The position numbers and the translations under genes are program-made. DNA of 64,000 nt from Mayamaea pseudoterrestris (taxonomy: Eukaryota), in the NCBI GenBank assembly GCA_027923505.1, contig BROI01000003.1:1240001-1304000 (forward strand), written 5' to 3'. Below the pieces are notes generated by a model. It worked only from the letters and a program-made list of their open reading frames with translations. It was not told the origin of the DNA and did no database searches. Of this stretch, positions 51,784 to 64,000 are shown piece by piece. The first letter of the stretch is position 1. Every line of letters starts with the position of its first letter.

Positions 51784-54700
51784 ATGCCATCGTCAAAGAA
51801 CAAGTCGACCAACGCTGACGACGAGGCCGCTGCCGCCAAGAAAACAACCATTCCATGGCACGCCCTTTCCGTGGATGCCTGCATTACGGAACTGCAACTA
51901 CCTCCCGACATACTAAAGTCTGGTTTGACGACCGAGCAAGCTGCTGCGCGCCTCGCGCAGTACGGCCCCAACAAGTTGAGCGAAAAGGAGCACGTCACGT
52001 TGCTGCAGCGCATTTGGAAGCAAGTGGCCAACGTATTGGTGCTCATTTTGGTGGTGGTGGCGGTGGTGTCGGTCGTGCGGGCCGTCACGTCCACGACGGT
52101 GCAAAACATTGTCAGCAACTGGTTGCAGGTGGCGCTCATTGTCTTTGTCATTACGTAAGTCTGATGCATGCAGCCAGGGCGACGAGTCTCATAACTGCGC
52201 ACGATCCTCACTCACCTACTAATCTTCTTTGATGTTACTTCGTCTTTCATGTTATTTCGCAAACTCCAGAATCAATACCATTATTGGCATCGTGCAGGAA
52301 GGCTCCGCCGAAAAGGCGGCCGACGCATTAAAAGCCATGCTGTCCAGTGAAGCCATTGTACTCCGCGACGGCAAGGAAGTCAAGGTGCCGGGCGAGTCGC
52401 TCGTTCCGGGAGACGTGGTCAAGCTTGGTTTGGGAGACCGCGTTCCGGCGGACGTTCGCATGTGCGTGGTGGGAAACTTGGCGTGTGGAGAGGCGGCGCT
52501 CACGGGCGAGTCGGTGCCGATTGACAAGACGGTGGACGCCATTGATGTTAGCGGCGGAAGTGATCCAATGAGTATTCCACTGGGTGATCGACACAACATG
52601 TGCTTTAGTGCGACTCTTGTGGCGCAGGGAGCTGGCACGGGCATTGTCACGTCGACGGGTGACTACACGGAGATTGGAACGATCAACGCGCTTGTCAACA
52701 AGGTGGAAAAGAAGAAGACGAACGTTTTGGAGCAGATTGATACCATTTCCACCTACTTGGCTATATTTATTGTGATTACGGCGGCTGCTACTTGGTGTGT
52801 TGCCTACTTTATTACGGGTGAGGATTGGCTTGATGCACTTTCAACGTCCTTGGTTTGCGCTGTGGCCATGATCCCGGAGGGGTTGGAAGCTATTGTCACA
52901 ATGGTTTACGCCTGGGCCGTGAGTAACATGGCGAAACAGAATGCCATTATTCGTGCTCTTCCTGCTGTGGAGTGCCTTGGGAGTGTTACTGTGATTTGCT
53001 CCGACAAGACTGGTACGTGCGACGAAACTTTACAAAGGTGGTAACGAGTCGCAGACTCATCTGTCTCACGGATTGATCTTTCTTATTAATCAATATCCAG
53101 GTACACTGACCAAAAACGAAATGACCTTGACAGCGTTTGTTACGACAGGCAAGCGCTACAAGTTCAATACTGACGCATCAAGCCGCACGCCCACTAACTT
53201 TGAGGTTGACAACAGCTATCTTTGCACTCGCGCCGACAATTCCAAGTACTTGAAGGCAAGTGAGATTATTAAGAAAGGACCCAGTGCGTCACGCAAATCA
53301 AAGCGCGGAGGCGGGATCTTGGGATTTGGCAAGACGGCGCATGGCGGAGTGGAGTCTGAGGAACCGACGGCAGTGATTCCCACGGAAGGTACGGTGTACG
53401 ATGAGGAAGCGACGGCCGGCAAGGGTAGCGGCGAGCACCCTGACTCGAAATACCTTCGCCAAGCTTTGTCGGGCGGAATCTTGTGCTCCAAGTGCAACCT
53501 CGGTACCGACGGTGGTCGTGAGGGTGAAATTGGCAATCCAACGGAGCTCGCCATTCTCCGCGCTGCCTACTTTGGTGATGTCAACGTTTCTGAAGTCAAG
53601 GATAGTGCCCCATTCATTGCCGAAGTACCATTCAGTAGCGAGTACAAGTTCATGGCGACTGTCCATGAGCCAGTATCGGAAAATGACACGGACGACTATG
53701 GCGACAGCTTGGTTGTACATGTCAAGGGAGCTCCAGACCGCATGGTCCCATTGGTACGTTACACGCTGTGAGGTTGCTTTGTCAAATTTGTTTTCCTTTG
53801 TTTCTAACTTCGACTTGTTTCTTGTCGTTAGTGCAAGTACCAAGCCAAGGACGGGAAGTTTGGCAAGGATGACGTTGAACCTATTGATGCCAAGTGGTGG
53901 ATCGAGCAGATTGCAATTCTTTCTTCTCATGGTCTTCGGGTGTTGGCATTGACTCGCGGTGTTCTCCCCAAGGGATCGGTTCAGCAAGGAGAGCAGCTGG
54001 GCGCTGATTTTGTGCAGGAACGTGGCGAACCATGGTTGACCCTTGTCGGACTTTGCGCAATCATGGATCCACCGCGCCCGGAATGTGTTGCTGCCATCAG
54101 TGAAGCCCACGGCGCAGGTGTGCGAGTTGCAATGATCACGGTAAGCATATCTGTTGTTATTTCGTGGTGTACTTTTTGGTTACTTACCTTGTGATGCGTA
54201 CCACTTCTTACTTCAGGGTGACCATAAGGACACTGCCTTGGCCATTGGTGGAATGTTGGGACTTGTAGACAAACAACATTCAGAAGCAATTACCGGTCCC
54301 GAAATGGATGCCATGACGGACGAAGAGTTAACGATAGCCGTCCAAAAGTACAATGTCTTTGCCCGCGCGTCGCCGCAGAACAAGATTCGCATTGTCAAGG
54401 CGCTTCAAAGCGAAGGCGAGATCTGCGGCATGACCGGAGATGGTGTCAATGATGCTCCTGCTCTCAAGGCTGCCGACATGGGTGTAGCCATGGGTAAGGA
54501 AGGGACGGATGTTGCTCGGGAAGCGGCCGAAATGATTTTGGCCGACGACAATTTTGCCACCATCATTTCTGCCGTCCGCGAAGGCCGAGCTGTCTGGTCT
54601 AATCTAAGAGCGATTTTGCTTGTCAATACACCAATCAATAACGCGCAGGCAAGTTATTGTTGAATGTGTGATATTGCATGAGCGAGTTTTTTGTTCTTCT

Positions 54701-55513
54701 GACGCTTACGCAAACGCTGTCTTTCTTTGCGCAGGGCATGTCCGTCCTCTTTGGCCTACTTTTTGGCTTGGATCAAAGTCCATTGTCGTCTATTCAAGTT
54801 TTGTATTGCAACTTGATTTGTGCTTGTACGCTTGGTTTTGTTTGCGCAGTGGAGCCGGCCGAGGATGGGATGTACGTAACTTTTTGTTGATTGCCTTGCC
54901 TTTCCCCGACATGCCTGACGTAATCCGCTTTCACTCTTTTATCTTTAGCATGTTGCAACCTCCTCGACGTGTCGGCAAGCGTTTGATTGGTAGATACCTT
55001 TTTCTTCGCATCTTACTTGGAACGGTGGCGTTGATTACGGCAACTGTTGGCACAACGTTTTGGGTGAGGGGTTTGGGCTATGAGGAACCCCAGCAACGCT
55101 CCCAGGCACTGAACACTCTTTCCTTCAGTGCCATTTCAGTGACTGCAAGTGCTCGTTTCTCTAGAAAGTCGGCCATTCACAGTCGCTCCCTGCATGGAAA
55201 TCCCTTGGCCTTTTGGTCGTACTTTATCATGGCTACCCTGCAAGTTTTCATCACCTACGTTCCGGGGTTGAACAGCGTCATTTTCTCAATGGGTCCAATG
55301 GATGGCTTTCAATGGGGTCTTGTTATATTGATGATGGTGGCCGTGTTTGTCGTCATGGAGCTTGAAAAGTGCTTTCGCAACTATCTTTCCTCACTCAAGT
55401 ATGATGTCGACGATCTTGAGCATGACGAGTTTTGGGATGCCGATGAAGAAGGCGACAAGACTCCTTTACCGGAGGAGGTGTCGCGGTTTGGTCGCGATGA
55501 AATGACAAAGTAG
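51784..55513 (+). CDS. Type II P-type cation ATPase (ENA/ATP4-like Na+ pump candidate), 7 exons
   Basis: [67 protein letters not shown]. Introns 52155-52269, 53013-53100, 53754-53831, 54141-54216, 54649-54734 (GC-AG), 54872-54948. Confidence 0.92.
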
Positions 55514-56042
55514 AATGGGGGGCATTTCTGCACATGGGTCAATAATAATATTAGGCGAACTTTTGAATTGGACTTAACGACGAATATATGATTAGCTAGA
55601 ACATTGGTAGTACTGCCAACATTGCCTATGGTCTCGAGTTTGACCGTAGCCTCTCCATCCGGTCAATTCGCATCTATCCCAGTCATCCGCAAGTCGTGCC
55701 ATTTATCTCATTAGAGGATTCAATGAGCTTGGCCGACACTACCGGTATGCAACCTTTGCTCCTCGTGTCATTGCGAAAGCATATCGCAAAACTCGATTCG
55801 CCGATCGGTCGGTCTTGTCAAACCTATCTTTTCAGTAACGCTCTCGATCACGACGTCAAAAGACGCTAAGTTAGCCCCATTTGAGAATGACTCGCGCGCA
55901 ATCCAGTTTCTTGCAAGACGCTCTCCATGCAGTTTTGCCGAACCTCTTCAACGCAAGGCGTCCACAGAAGCAAGAGTCCTCCTCTCTTGTCATCCTGAAA
56001 GATTATATTTTGATATTAAGTGAACTCGAGTCTGCAAGCAGC

Positions 56043-57119
56043 ATGACGGACGTAACTCCCAGCGCGAGCATTTCTAAATCCGACGGAGAGGATCGCCTTC
56101 CAAATCATCCGCGAGTCAGCAGCGCCACCAACCTCAATCTCAGCAGCACCAATCTCTTGAACGATGATGAATCAGTCGAAGGCAAGGATGCGCATACCGA
56201 CTTGCTGGAGTTTCCTTCCTCTATTCGCGGCGTCATGCGCTCGCAGTCGCTCCAAGCGATGCGACGACCGACCGACAGCAACAACACCACCAGTACTACT
56301 GGTGCGTCACTCCTGTCGCCACTCCACCGGGCGGCAACCAACGCGGGCAACAACGTTCGCATGGCTCCTCCGGCCCGCACGCGCAGCAGCGGCGGTCGCT
56401 TGCGCCGCGCGCCCGGCCGCAGTCTGTCGAGCGACGACGGCCCCATGTTTCGTCGCGTGGGTCGCACCAAGAGCAGCAACGACGCCTTTGGATTGGTGGG
56501 CTTTCGACGCGCCAGCAGTACCTTAATGGAACCACACTTGTCGGTCGGATCGGGTATATTGCTGGAGAAGGACCGCAGTCGCGGCTTGAATCGTCAAGCG
56601 TCGTTTGAATCAACATGGTCATGCGATTCGGAAATGGATAGTCAGTTGACCACTGCTGATTCCATCAATTTGCGCAAGAACCAGTTGATTGCGGATCCAC
56701 TGGACGGCGGCTACAGTGAAGGCTGCTCCGTCGCGGACCATGAAAGCATGTACGATAACATGTCTCAGTGGTCACGCGAGTACTACGACGAGATTTTGGA
56801 ATTCTTGCCCGAGGATCAGCCAATCTTTGACAAGGACTACATGGTCATGGTTGGCGGAGGCAATCCTATGGAGGAAGGCGCCGTCGCCTACTTGACGCTG
56901 GATGCGCTCAAGCTTCGTCGACCAACCTTGCAGGTTGTGACGGATCAGCAGTGCGAAGTGGCGGCCTTGACGGCGCGGGGTGGTGTTAGTCGCGACTTTT
57001 CGGCATCGTCCTCGTCGCTGGCGTCGGCTTCGGAAACAACGGAACATTTGGATGATTTGGACGATACTAATGAATATGACGAGACGAATGGAGAGGATAA
57101 CACTGACACGACGGACTAG
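56043..57119 (+). CDS. Hypothetical intrinsically disordered S/R-rich protein with acidic C-terminus
   Basis: Long ORF with repeated RxxS sites (RSQS, RTRSS, RSLSS, RTKSS, RRASS, RQAS); no recognised domain. Confidence 0.6.
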   Translation: MTDVTPSASISKSDGEDRLPNHPRVSSATNLNLSSTNLLNDDESVEGKDAHTDLLEFPSSIRGVMRSQSLQAMRRPTDSNNTTSTTGASLLSPLHRAATNAGNNVRMAPPARTRSSGGRLRRAPGRSLSSDDGPMFRRVGRTKSSNDAFGLVGFRRASSTLMEPHLSVGSGILLEKDRSRGLNRQASFESTWSCDSEMDSQLTTADSINLRKNQLIADPLDGGYSEGCSVADHESMYDNMSQWSREYYDEILEFLPEDQPIFDKDYMVMVGGGNPMEEGAVAYLTLDALKLRRPTLQVVTDQQCEVAALTARGGVSRDFSASSSSLASASETTEHLDDLDDTNEYDETNGEDNTDTTD

Positions 57120-57526
57120 CTGCGAATGTTGTGATTGATTAGAAAATTGTCTCGTTTTGAACGTGCGATGCTACTGCATCCGCACTGCATGTTGTCGTCT
57201 TTCTTACCAAGGTATACAGTAACTGATTTAATCTTGCAAATATTTTACTCAAAAAATGAACGTCCTCATATATGGACGATAGAGATTTCATTATTGCCAT
57301 CATCGTGTTGCGATACGTAGCCCTCATTCACGTTCTGCCTACGCAACGCATATGAATCAAATTGTTAACGTACGTAAAGAAGGTCTTTATCTATATAATA
57401 CCGTACTGTGCATATAAAGATCACTTCGAGATGGGCGGAGCATAGTGCTGCTGTCAATGCGCTTTGCATCACGATACACCAAAGCGTTGCCACAACACCT
57501 AATTGTGCAAGTTACTAAAGAGTGCA

Positions 57527-58905
57527 TTAGGGAACATCTGGTGCATCGGCGCCTGTTTCAGTTACCCGGGCTTTCTTGGCAGCAGGCTCATCAGACTCCG
57601 CAGCTCTATCGTCTGCAACTGCAGCCGAAGCTTCAGAGACGGGCTCCGCCGACGGGGCAGAAGCATTGGCGTTATTCACGAAGAAGGCTTCTTCTGCTTC
57701 CTCGACTTGCCCTACAACGCGCCGACCCAGATAGACTTCCACTGTGTGTAGAGATAATGTCAGTTCATGATGAAAGATGAGATGAATTTGCTTCACAAAC
57801 ATCGATTGCCAAACTTACTCTCTGCCTTGTATCGAACCATATCTTCATCCGCCTTGGCCTTGTAGTACTTGACTTGGTCAGGTGCCAGCTCCTGCCAGCG
57901 CCTTCCGATCACCTTGGCAAGGCTTTCAAATCCAATCTTGCCATGCGGGCGCTTCTTGCGAGCCGCTCGATCCATTTCTCCAATGTCGTCCTCCTTTTCC
58001 AAAGCGCTCTCCTTTGCATCTGCAACACTATCAATGTCCGCATCGGCTTTGGCAACGTTGGTGCTGATGTTGGCCTTGGAATCACCCGAAATGTCCTTTG
58101 CTTCTACTTTTTCGTCCTGTCGCACCGTACCAGTAGCCTCGTCGTCCTTTGTAATGGCGTTAATATCACTGCCACTATCGGCTTGATCCTTGTTTGGAGT
58201 CTCTAATAGAATTCGCTGTCGTTCCTCTCGAAAGAAAATGTTGTATGCCGATAAAGGCCGTTTGGGACGATCCTTTGGCCGCTTGCGAACGCGTTTGTTG
58301 TTCTTGGTCGTAACGACATCGTAGGGAGCAACGCTGCTGGCACCCATGCGCCCCAGCAAGCCCGCCGAGTTGGCCGACCATGGTCCCAGATAGCCTTGAT
58401 CGGCGTATGGATCTGTCACTCCTGCCGATGCAGCCATGGTGCTATTGCTCGCGTCTCCTCCAACGGTAGCCGCGGCCTGTTGTCCCCAGTTCATAAAGAC
58501 AGGCATTCCAGCCATTCCTGCATGCTGATGCTGCTGCTGCATGAGAAATCCACCAGCGGCGATCATTTGCTGCTGCGCCTGCTGCATCAAGTACTGCTGC
58601 ATGAGTAACGGAAAGCCTTGCATAGTTGCGGCTAAATTGTTCGGATCATGACTTGCGGGAAGGGCTAGTGGAGGTTCGTTAGCTGTGCCACCATGGTTCG
58701 AGCTTCTGACGGCGTTGGAGGACGTGAGAGGCGATGTCATGTGAAGCTGGCCCTGTCCCATGGCTCCTGCATGCATTTGCGGATACAAGTTGGATGGCTG
58801 CTGCTCCGGCGTTTCTTGCGAAGCGTCGTGTCCTAGAGGCTGTTGCTGCTGCTGGTGCTCCGGCATGCTGTGATACATGCTTGGTGGAAGATTCGAGCCG
58901 TCCAT
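57527..58905 (-). CDS. HMG-box protein; join(57819..58905,57527..57741)
   Basis: RPKRPLSAYNIFFREER...PHGKIGFESLAKVIGRRWQEL...YKAKADEDMVRYKAE|MEVY; Q-rich N-terminus. Confidence 0.88.
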
Positions 58906-59519
58906 GGTCCAATTCGAGACGAAATTAGAGCACGACGCGTCGGATATCAATTCTGAAGTTGCCCGTCAGTGAAAGGTCCAGCTCTTAAGTGAGCAATGGC
59001 TGTGTTGTTCGCTCCCCTAAGTGGCTGACTTATGGCATCCGTTCCGCAACGCATGGAGATTGTGATGATAGCACGACCATCCAAAGGAGCGCCGGCCAGG
59101 ACACAAAATGACTGTGTGTGTCTTTTCATACGCGCGACATTTGTCATGACTTCGTGGTCGAGGGACGTGGGAGCTGCGACAAAAGGACGGGAGCAACCGC
59201 TATCATCGTCGTACAAGCATCCATATGGCATAGTTGTACAGCATCACTAATATGATACCGATAGCAATCAACCATCAAGTTATTTAAAACATGCAGTTGC
59301 GAAAATGATACCGTGTTGAAGTAGGCACGGTAGTCACAACAACGAAAAGGGTCTGAACACGAATGAATTGAAAGCTTCGCATACTACGGTACGCAAAACG
59401 AGCCGCACAGCCACGCCCGCGAACCACGATAATCCTTCGCACCGGGCTGACGGCCACTCATTTATTTATTTGCGACTACTCCTACTCCGTGGTTTTAACG
59501 ACTAAAGTCGTGTCAGCAG

Positions 59520-59572
59520 TTCAAATTTGAAGTGTGATTGGTTTCAAGCTCACTGGTAACTTCTCGACCAAT
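59520..59572. promoter_or_regulatory. Candidate bidirectional promoter core: palindromic TTCAAATTTGAA plus inverted CCAAT boxes
   Basis: TTCAAATTTGAA 59520-59531, ATTGG 59537-59541 and CCAAT 59568-59572, near the midpoint between the two divergent HMG genes. Confidence 0.35.
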
Positions 59573-60126
59573 CGCAATGCACTTGTCACTACTTGAAGTT
59601 CGAGGGGTATGATAAACCTCGCACAATGAGTCATATACGGAAGAACTACACAAAGGCTATAATAAGGACTACGCGACAATACCCCGAGTCGCGTCTAATC
59701 GTGTCGCTGGAAGGTCACTTCTGGCTGGAGGTGCAAGTGGCGCACTATTCCTCATTGTCAAGGCTGCATTCAGGGAATGAGGAGGCTCCGGAAGCGAGGA
59801 CGAAGAGCTGCAAATGTTGTGAGGAGTCCTGTTCAGTCCCTCTTATCTTGTTGCTCTGAAAACAACAATTCATCAGCAACCTGAAGTCTAGCTGAACTAA
59901 TCGTGCGTGCTATATCGAAGTTGACCTTGTCACTGAACGACAAGGCTTTCGAATAGATAGCAACGAGCATTGATCGACCAGCGAGCAGCTCCTCTCGTTT
60001 TTGAATCGCAGCGAGCAGCGGAAAACCCCATATTCTTGTGTGCCATTCTGTAATAGGTAAGTAGCTTTCCGCTCCCTCGCTTCGTAACAATAATGATGAC
60101 TAACTCACTCATTCGTTCCAGTCTGA

Positions 60127-61326
60127 ATGCAAAGCATCGTCTTACCGGAACAAAGGATTTTAACTGCAGCCATCCACAAAATTCCTCCAAACTTCCATTT
60201 ACAAGGCGGCAGCTCGCACTCGCTTCAATCGCGCAAACGAGGCATGGATCCTGGCAAGTCTGAGAAAGATATTGACACTGACAGCAGCCAATCGACTGAT
60301 TCGGATACAGAAAGCACCGCCAAGCCTGCCATGATGGCAAATTCCGCTGCGTTTCAAGGACTTCCATTACCTATGCAGATTCAACAGCCCAATCCGAACT
60401 TGACGAACGGCGCTGGAATGCCCTTCTATGCATCTATGCCAACCGCCCCGCAAGGTTTGACATCCTATCTTCCAACTCAGATGCAAGCGCCAATGTATCT
60501 TCCGTTTCAGCAGCAACAGCAGCTCGCCAACAACTTGCGGTTCAACCTGATGCAATCAAGCAGCATGCCAGCGTTCAACATGTTGCCAGGAGGCATGCTT
60601 TCGTACGGTAACGTCCATGACTTTAGTCAGCAGCAGTCCTATCTTCAGGGACTCTCGTTGAACTCTCAAGCGGCATTGCTACATCAGCAACTGCTCCAAC
60701 AGAGCCAAGGCCAACTACTTCATCGAAGCGTCTCCGATCCAACCACTCACCATGTAGCGCAAACGAGCAGTGATGCTCCGACCAAGGTTTCGGAGGAAAC
60801 GGAGACAAGCGGGAGCAGCCAAAAGGCGTCAGTCGCGCCGACGAACAACGTTGGTTCTTCAGTCATTGAAGTCCGACCCAAGGTCGAGGATAAACCCAAG
60901 CGACCCCTTTCTGCTTACAACCTCTTCTTCAAAGAGGAACGGGCCAAGATGATTGTCGAATTGTCGGGCGGAGCAGCAGATGCATTGTCAGACTCCTCCT
61001 CGGGTGGCGGGGAGCGATCGAGGCGAAAGAAGCAAAAGCCCCACCGCAAAGTCGGCTTTGAGGAATTGGCAAAATCCATTGGACCAAAGTGGCAGTCGTT
61101 GGATCCCCTCATCAAGGCTCAGTATCAAGCGTTGGCTGACGAAGAGAAGAAAAGGTACCAGGCAGACATGGCGATTTTCGTCAGCAAGCAGCGAGAGGAT
61201 ATGGAAAAGTGCCGCGAACAGCTTGAAGCTACCGTCAGCGAGGAGACCATGCAACAGTACCTCGCCTCTAGTGGAGCTAGAACGGCGAGTCGCAAGCGAA
61301 AAGACGTGGGAGGAGGTAGTTTGTAG
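60127..61326 (+). CDS. HMG-box protein (start may be the ATG at 60244)
   Basis: KPKRPLSAYNLFFKEER...PHRKVGFEELAKSIGPKWQSL...YQALADEEKKRYQADM; Q-rich N-terminus. Confidence 0.88.
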   Translation: MQSIVLPEQRILTAAIHKIPPNFHLQGGSSHSLQSRKRGMDPGKSEKDIDTDSSQSTDSDTESTAKPAMMANSAAFQGLPLPMQIQQPNPNLTNGAGMPFYASMPTAPQGLTSYLPTQMQAPMYLPFQQQQQLANNLRFNLMQSSSMPAFNMLPGGMLSYGNVHDFSQQQSYLQGLSLNSQAALLHQQLLQQSQGQLLHRSVSDPTTHHVAQTSSDAPTKVSEETETSGSSQKASVAPTNNVGSSVIEVRPKVEDKPKRPLSAYNLFFKEERAKMIVELSGGAADALSDSSSGGGERSRRKKQKPHRKVGFEELAKSIGPKWQSLDPLIKAQYQALADEEKKRYQADMAIFVSKQREDMEKCREQLEATVSEETMQQYLASSGARTASRKRKDVGGGSL

Positions 61327-62084
61327 TAGGCCAAAGGTCCGAGCCCGTGAAGGTTGAATTGCCTAATTTTGACTCCTGATGCATGTTATAACCTTATCCA
61401 ATTTTCTCATCAAAGCAAAGTACGAGACGTTCAATACAATCCTGGTTTCATATCGCGGATATTGCTTGTAGGCTCCGTATGTGTACGAGTCGTGTAGGTG
61501 TAGGTAGTTGCTGATCATGCATCGTTGAAGCCAACCCTGAGAGCCACTCCTCAAGCTCAAGCACTTTCACAAACGATTCGCTCAAGTCTCTGGCTCCACC
61601 ACCATCTTCGTGCAAATGAAGGATGCCAGTGCTTCGTTTGGATGCTCGTCGAGGCGTGATCATGAAGCATGACATCTCTTCAGGTTTACTAGAGAACGTG
61701 TGCTTTCCAAGCCGAGCTATCAGGGTTGATGGTTTTCAGTGTGGTTCAAAGAGTATCGCAGCACACACAAAATTTTGGAAACTATGCAATGCATAGAGCC
61801 CTGCCCATGTCCTGACAGTACCACGAAGATATTGCCGCAATTGACTGCTTGTTAGGCCTAGAATGTATACGAGTAACTTTCGGATTACACAAAGGCACAG
61901 AATTTCTACACCTCTGACCCGATAGCAGCTTAATTCCATACGCATGCAGCGAATATAAATAGAAATTAACAGCAGCTGCCTAGAAATTGTCCATCAGCTT
62001 CAAAGGTTAAACAAGAAAGCTAAAAAGCTGTTTAATTGACTTGTTGTGTGTGAGCGGCGCAAAATTTGCCACAGTAGAGCATCG

Positions 62085-63391
62085 TCATCGATTCCGATCC
62101 TTGGTGCTCCACTTGAAACCCAGGAGCTCCAACCGTTGCACTCGTTCCCACGTCATGCCCTTGGCCTTGGTGGGGCCATGATCCTGCAGCAGCTTTTTAC
62201 GGGCTCGCTGATTCTGCATCCATTTGTTCAACGCCTTGTCGTTGCAACAATTAGGAATGCAGCCATGATCGGTGCGATACTGCATAAGCTTGTCATAGTT
62301 GGCTTGCCACTGGTCATGTTTCACGTGCGGACGCTTGCCGACACCAACGATCCATTCAAAGCCAATGCTGTTGAGTGCATTGACTTGGTCGTCGCTCAAA
62401 CCCTTTTCGCCATGCGTTCTATCGCGAAGTTGCTTATTGGTACGTTGCTTGCGAACCCAGGCGTGCAGCGGGCCGTCGTCGGCCTTGCTCGGACTAGCGT
62501 GCCCGTGCTGCAGCTTGTAACGAATCAATTGCTGGAATCGAGCCTAATGCAGAGATACGTCAAAGTGTTACCAATCGAGTGTTACTTCATGCAATTCACA
62601 AGCCTTGTTAAACGTATACCTCTTACCTTCCATCGTTCCTGCAAATTCTTGACATCGTTTGGATTGACGGGTTTCTCCGACGACGACGCAAATGCCAAGA
62701 CGGCATCACCCACCAAGGTTGCCGTACTATTCGTCACCGCGAAGGGCTGTTGCCCCGCATGTGTCGCCGTCGTCTTGACGAGTTGCTGCCGGAGCGACTG
62801 AATCTCTCGTTCACGCTGCGCGAGTTGTTTCTTCAGCAAATGATTCTCCTCCGCCGGTGTCATTGGTGTTGAAACAGCCTTTTTTCGTGGTTGCTTTGGT
62901 GTGTTGCTCCGCTTCGTCTTGGTTGCAGCAGCGTTAAAGTTGTTGGAGTTTGGTTCCAGCGAGCTGGCGGCCACCAATGTGGCAAGCGGATTATTGACTA
63001 CACCGAAATTCTCATTTACAAACTCTTGACTAGTTCTCACCGCGGCGGCGAGTGGGTCGGGTGGAGGCAAGGAAGGGGAAGGAGATGTATTTTGCTGCTG
63101 CTGCTGCTGCTGCTGCGGCGTTATGAACGAAGCAGTCAATGAATCTGCATCTAGATTTGGCCGATCTTCCGCCTCTAAATTTTGTTTTTCATGATAAATT
63201 TGTTGAACAGCAAGAGGCGTCGCAAATGTATGTTCAAAATCCTGCAACTGAAGTGCGGCTGCTTCGATGGAAAAGTGATGTTGCTGCTGCTGTTCGCCGC
63301 CTCTTCCTGGGAACGGCGGCGGCATGAAGAAGAGCGAGTCATCTTTACTGGAATCTTGGTGGTGTTGCTGATCATTTGCGTATTCACTCAT
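62085..63391 (-). CDS. Helicase-associated (HA) domain protein with two HA repeats; join(62627..63391,62085..62543)
   Basis: RWK|ARFQQLIRYKLQHGH..P..LHAWVRKQR...LNSIGFEW and WQANYDKLMQYRTDHG..LNKWMQNQR...LELLGFKW; polyQ and coiled coil upstream. Confidence 0.85.
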
Positions 63392-63662
63392 TGACGACGA
63401 AAGAATTAGTGGCGAAAGGTAGCAGCAGCAAGTATGTGGAACAGTGTCATGGTGAAGCTCTTTCGCAAGGAATTTGCAGACAGTGATGCATGATGTCACA
63501 CCACTTCTGAGTACGTCATCATCGGATGTTTGAAACGCAACGTTGTTAACCAACGCGCCAGCCGGTACTGCCCTCTATGTATTCAAATCTCACGCCAGCC
63601 AGCTTCGACATGCCGATGAACGAAGCAAACATGCACAAATCAAAATCAAAACGACAGCAGCC

Positions 63663-64000
63663 ATGACGATTATGAGACGGTTTTGTCTCATCGTCGCGCT
63701 GCTATCAGCAGCCGCATCTGCAGAGAAGAACTCGTTTTGGATTGGAGACAAGGTGAAGGACCATGAGGTGAGCAAGCAGAATGAGTGCAAGTGCAAAGCC
63801 GTTGTAGAAGAAGGACTAAATGTTTGAGTGAATTGTCATGATTTCGATTTGATTTTCCATCTTTGACGGGAGATGTAACTCATATCATTCAAGGTGAAGG
63901 ACTACCTTCGGCTCCTTTTGTTTTCTCATACATACTTTTTCTGTCGCATGCAGAACAATGTCGCTCATCGCCTCCTCGAGCGCCTCCAAGCTGATCCTCG
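63663..64000 (+). CDS. 5' exons of a secreted protein running off the right edge
   Basis: MTIMRRFCLIVALLSAAASA signal peptide followed by a GTGAG donor at ~63768. Downstream exons unresolved. Confidence 0.45.

Noticed and set aside
59432..59500. ATCCTTCGCACCGGGC resembles the U4 snRNA 5' end (complement of U6 stem II)
   Set aside because: I found no stem I (UGCUAAU-like) segment or Sm site at the expected distance; likely chance.

Overview
Gene-dense eukaryotic nuclear DNA. Short GT-AG introns, signal-peptide + F/L bipartite plastid presequences, RXL propeptide sites and a CoDi-like copia point to a diatom (inference). The left third is a rearrangement hotspot. It holds a 2,235-bp tandem duplication (825-3059 / 3060-5294) carrying an SLC35F-type transporter. 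It also holds a young, intact 10.7-kb Ty1/copia LTR retrotransposon (5297-15994; 543-bp LTRs with 1 mismatch seen; GCGTC TSD) inserted into a saccharopine-dehydrogenase-like gene that is also frameshifted. A 1.29-kb non-autonomous PIF/Harbinger-like element sits just upstream of that gene. The copia is atypical: an extra 356-aa ORF precedes gag, the 2,798-aa polyprotein has four EFA motifs that appear to delimit an extra ~640-aa product between Gag and protease, pol reads into the 3' LTR, and a perfect 12-nt palindrome replaces a tRNA primer-binding site. The rest encodes ordinary genes (NPRL3, adenosine kinase, MFS, O-FucT, uL22m, NRT2, MAPEG, M48 peptidase, TBC, PhyH, P-type ATPase). It also encodes a secreted polyprotein with ten RXL sites (silaffin/silacidin-like architecture but K/E/P-rich peptides) beside a mucin-like protein, a possible divergent CG-1-like DNA-binding protein, and a head-to-head HMG-box pair. 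All calls come from reading motifs by eye; no searches were run.
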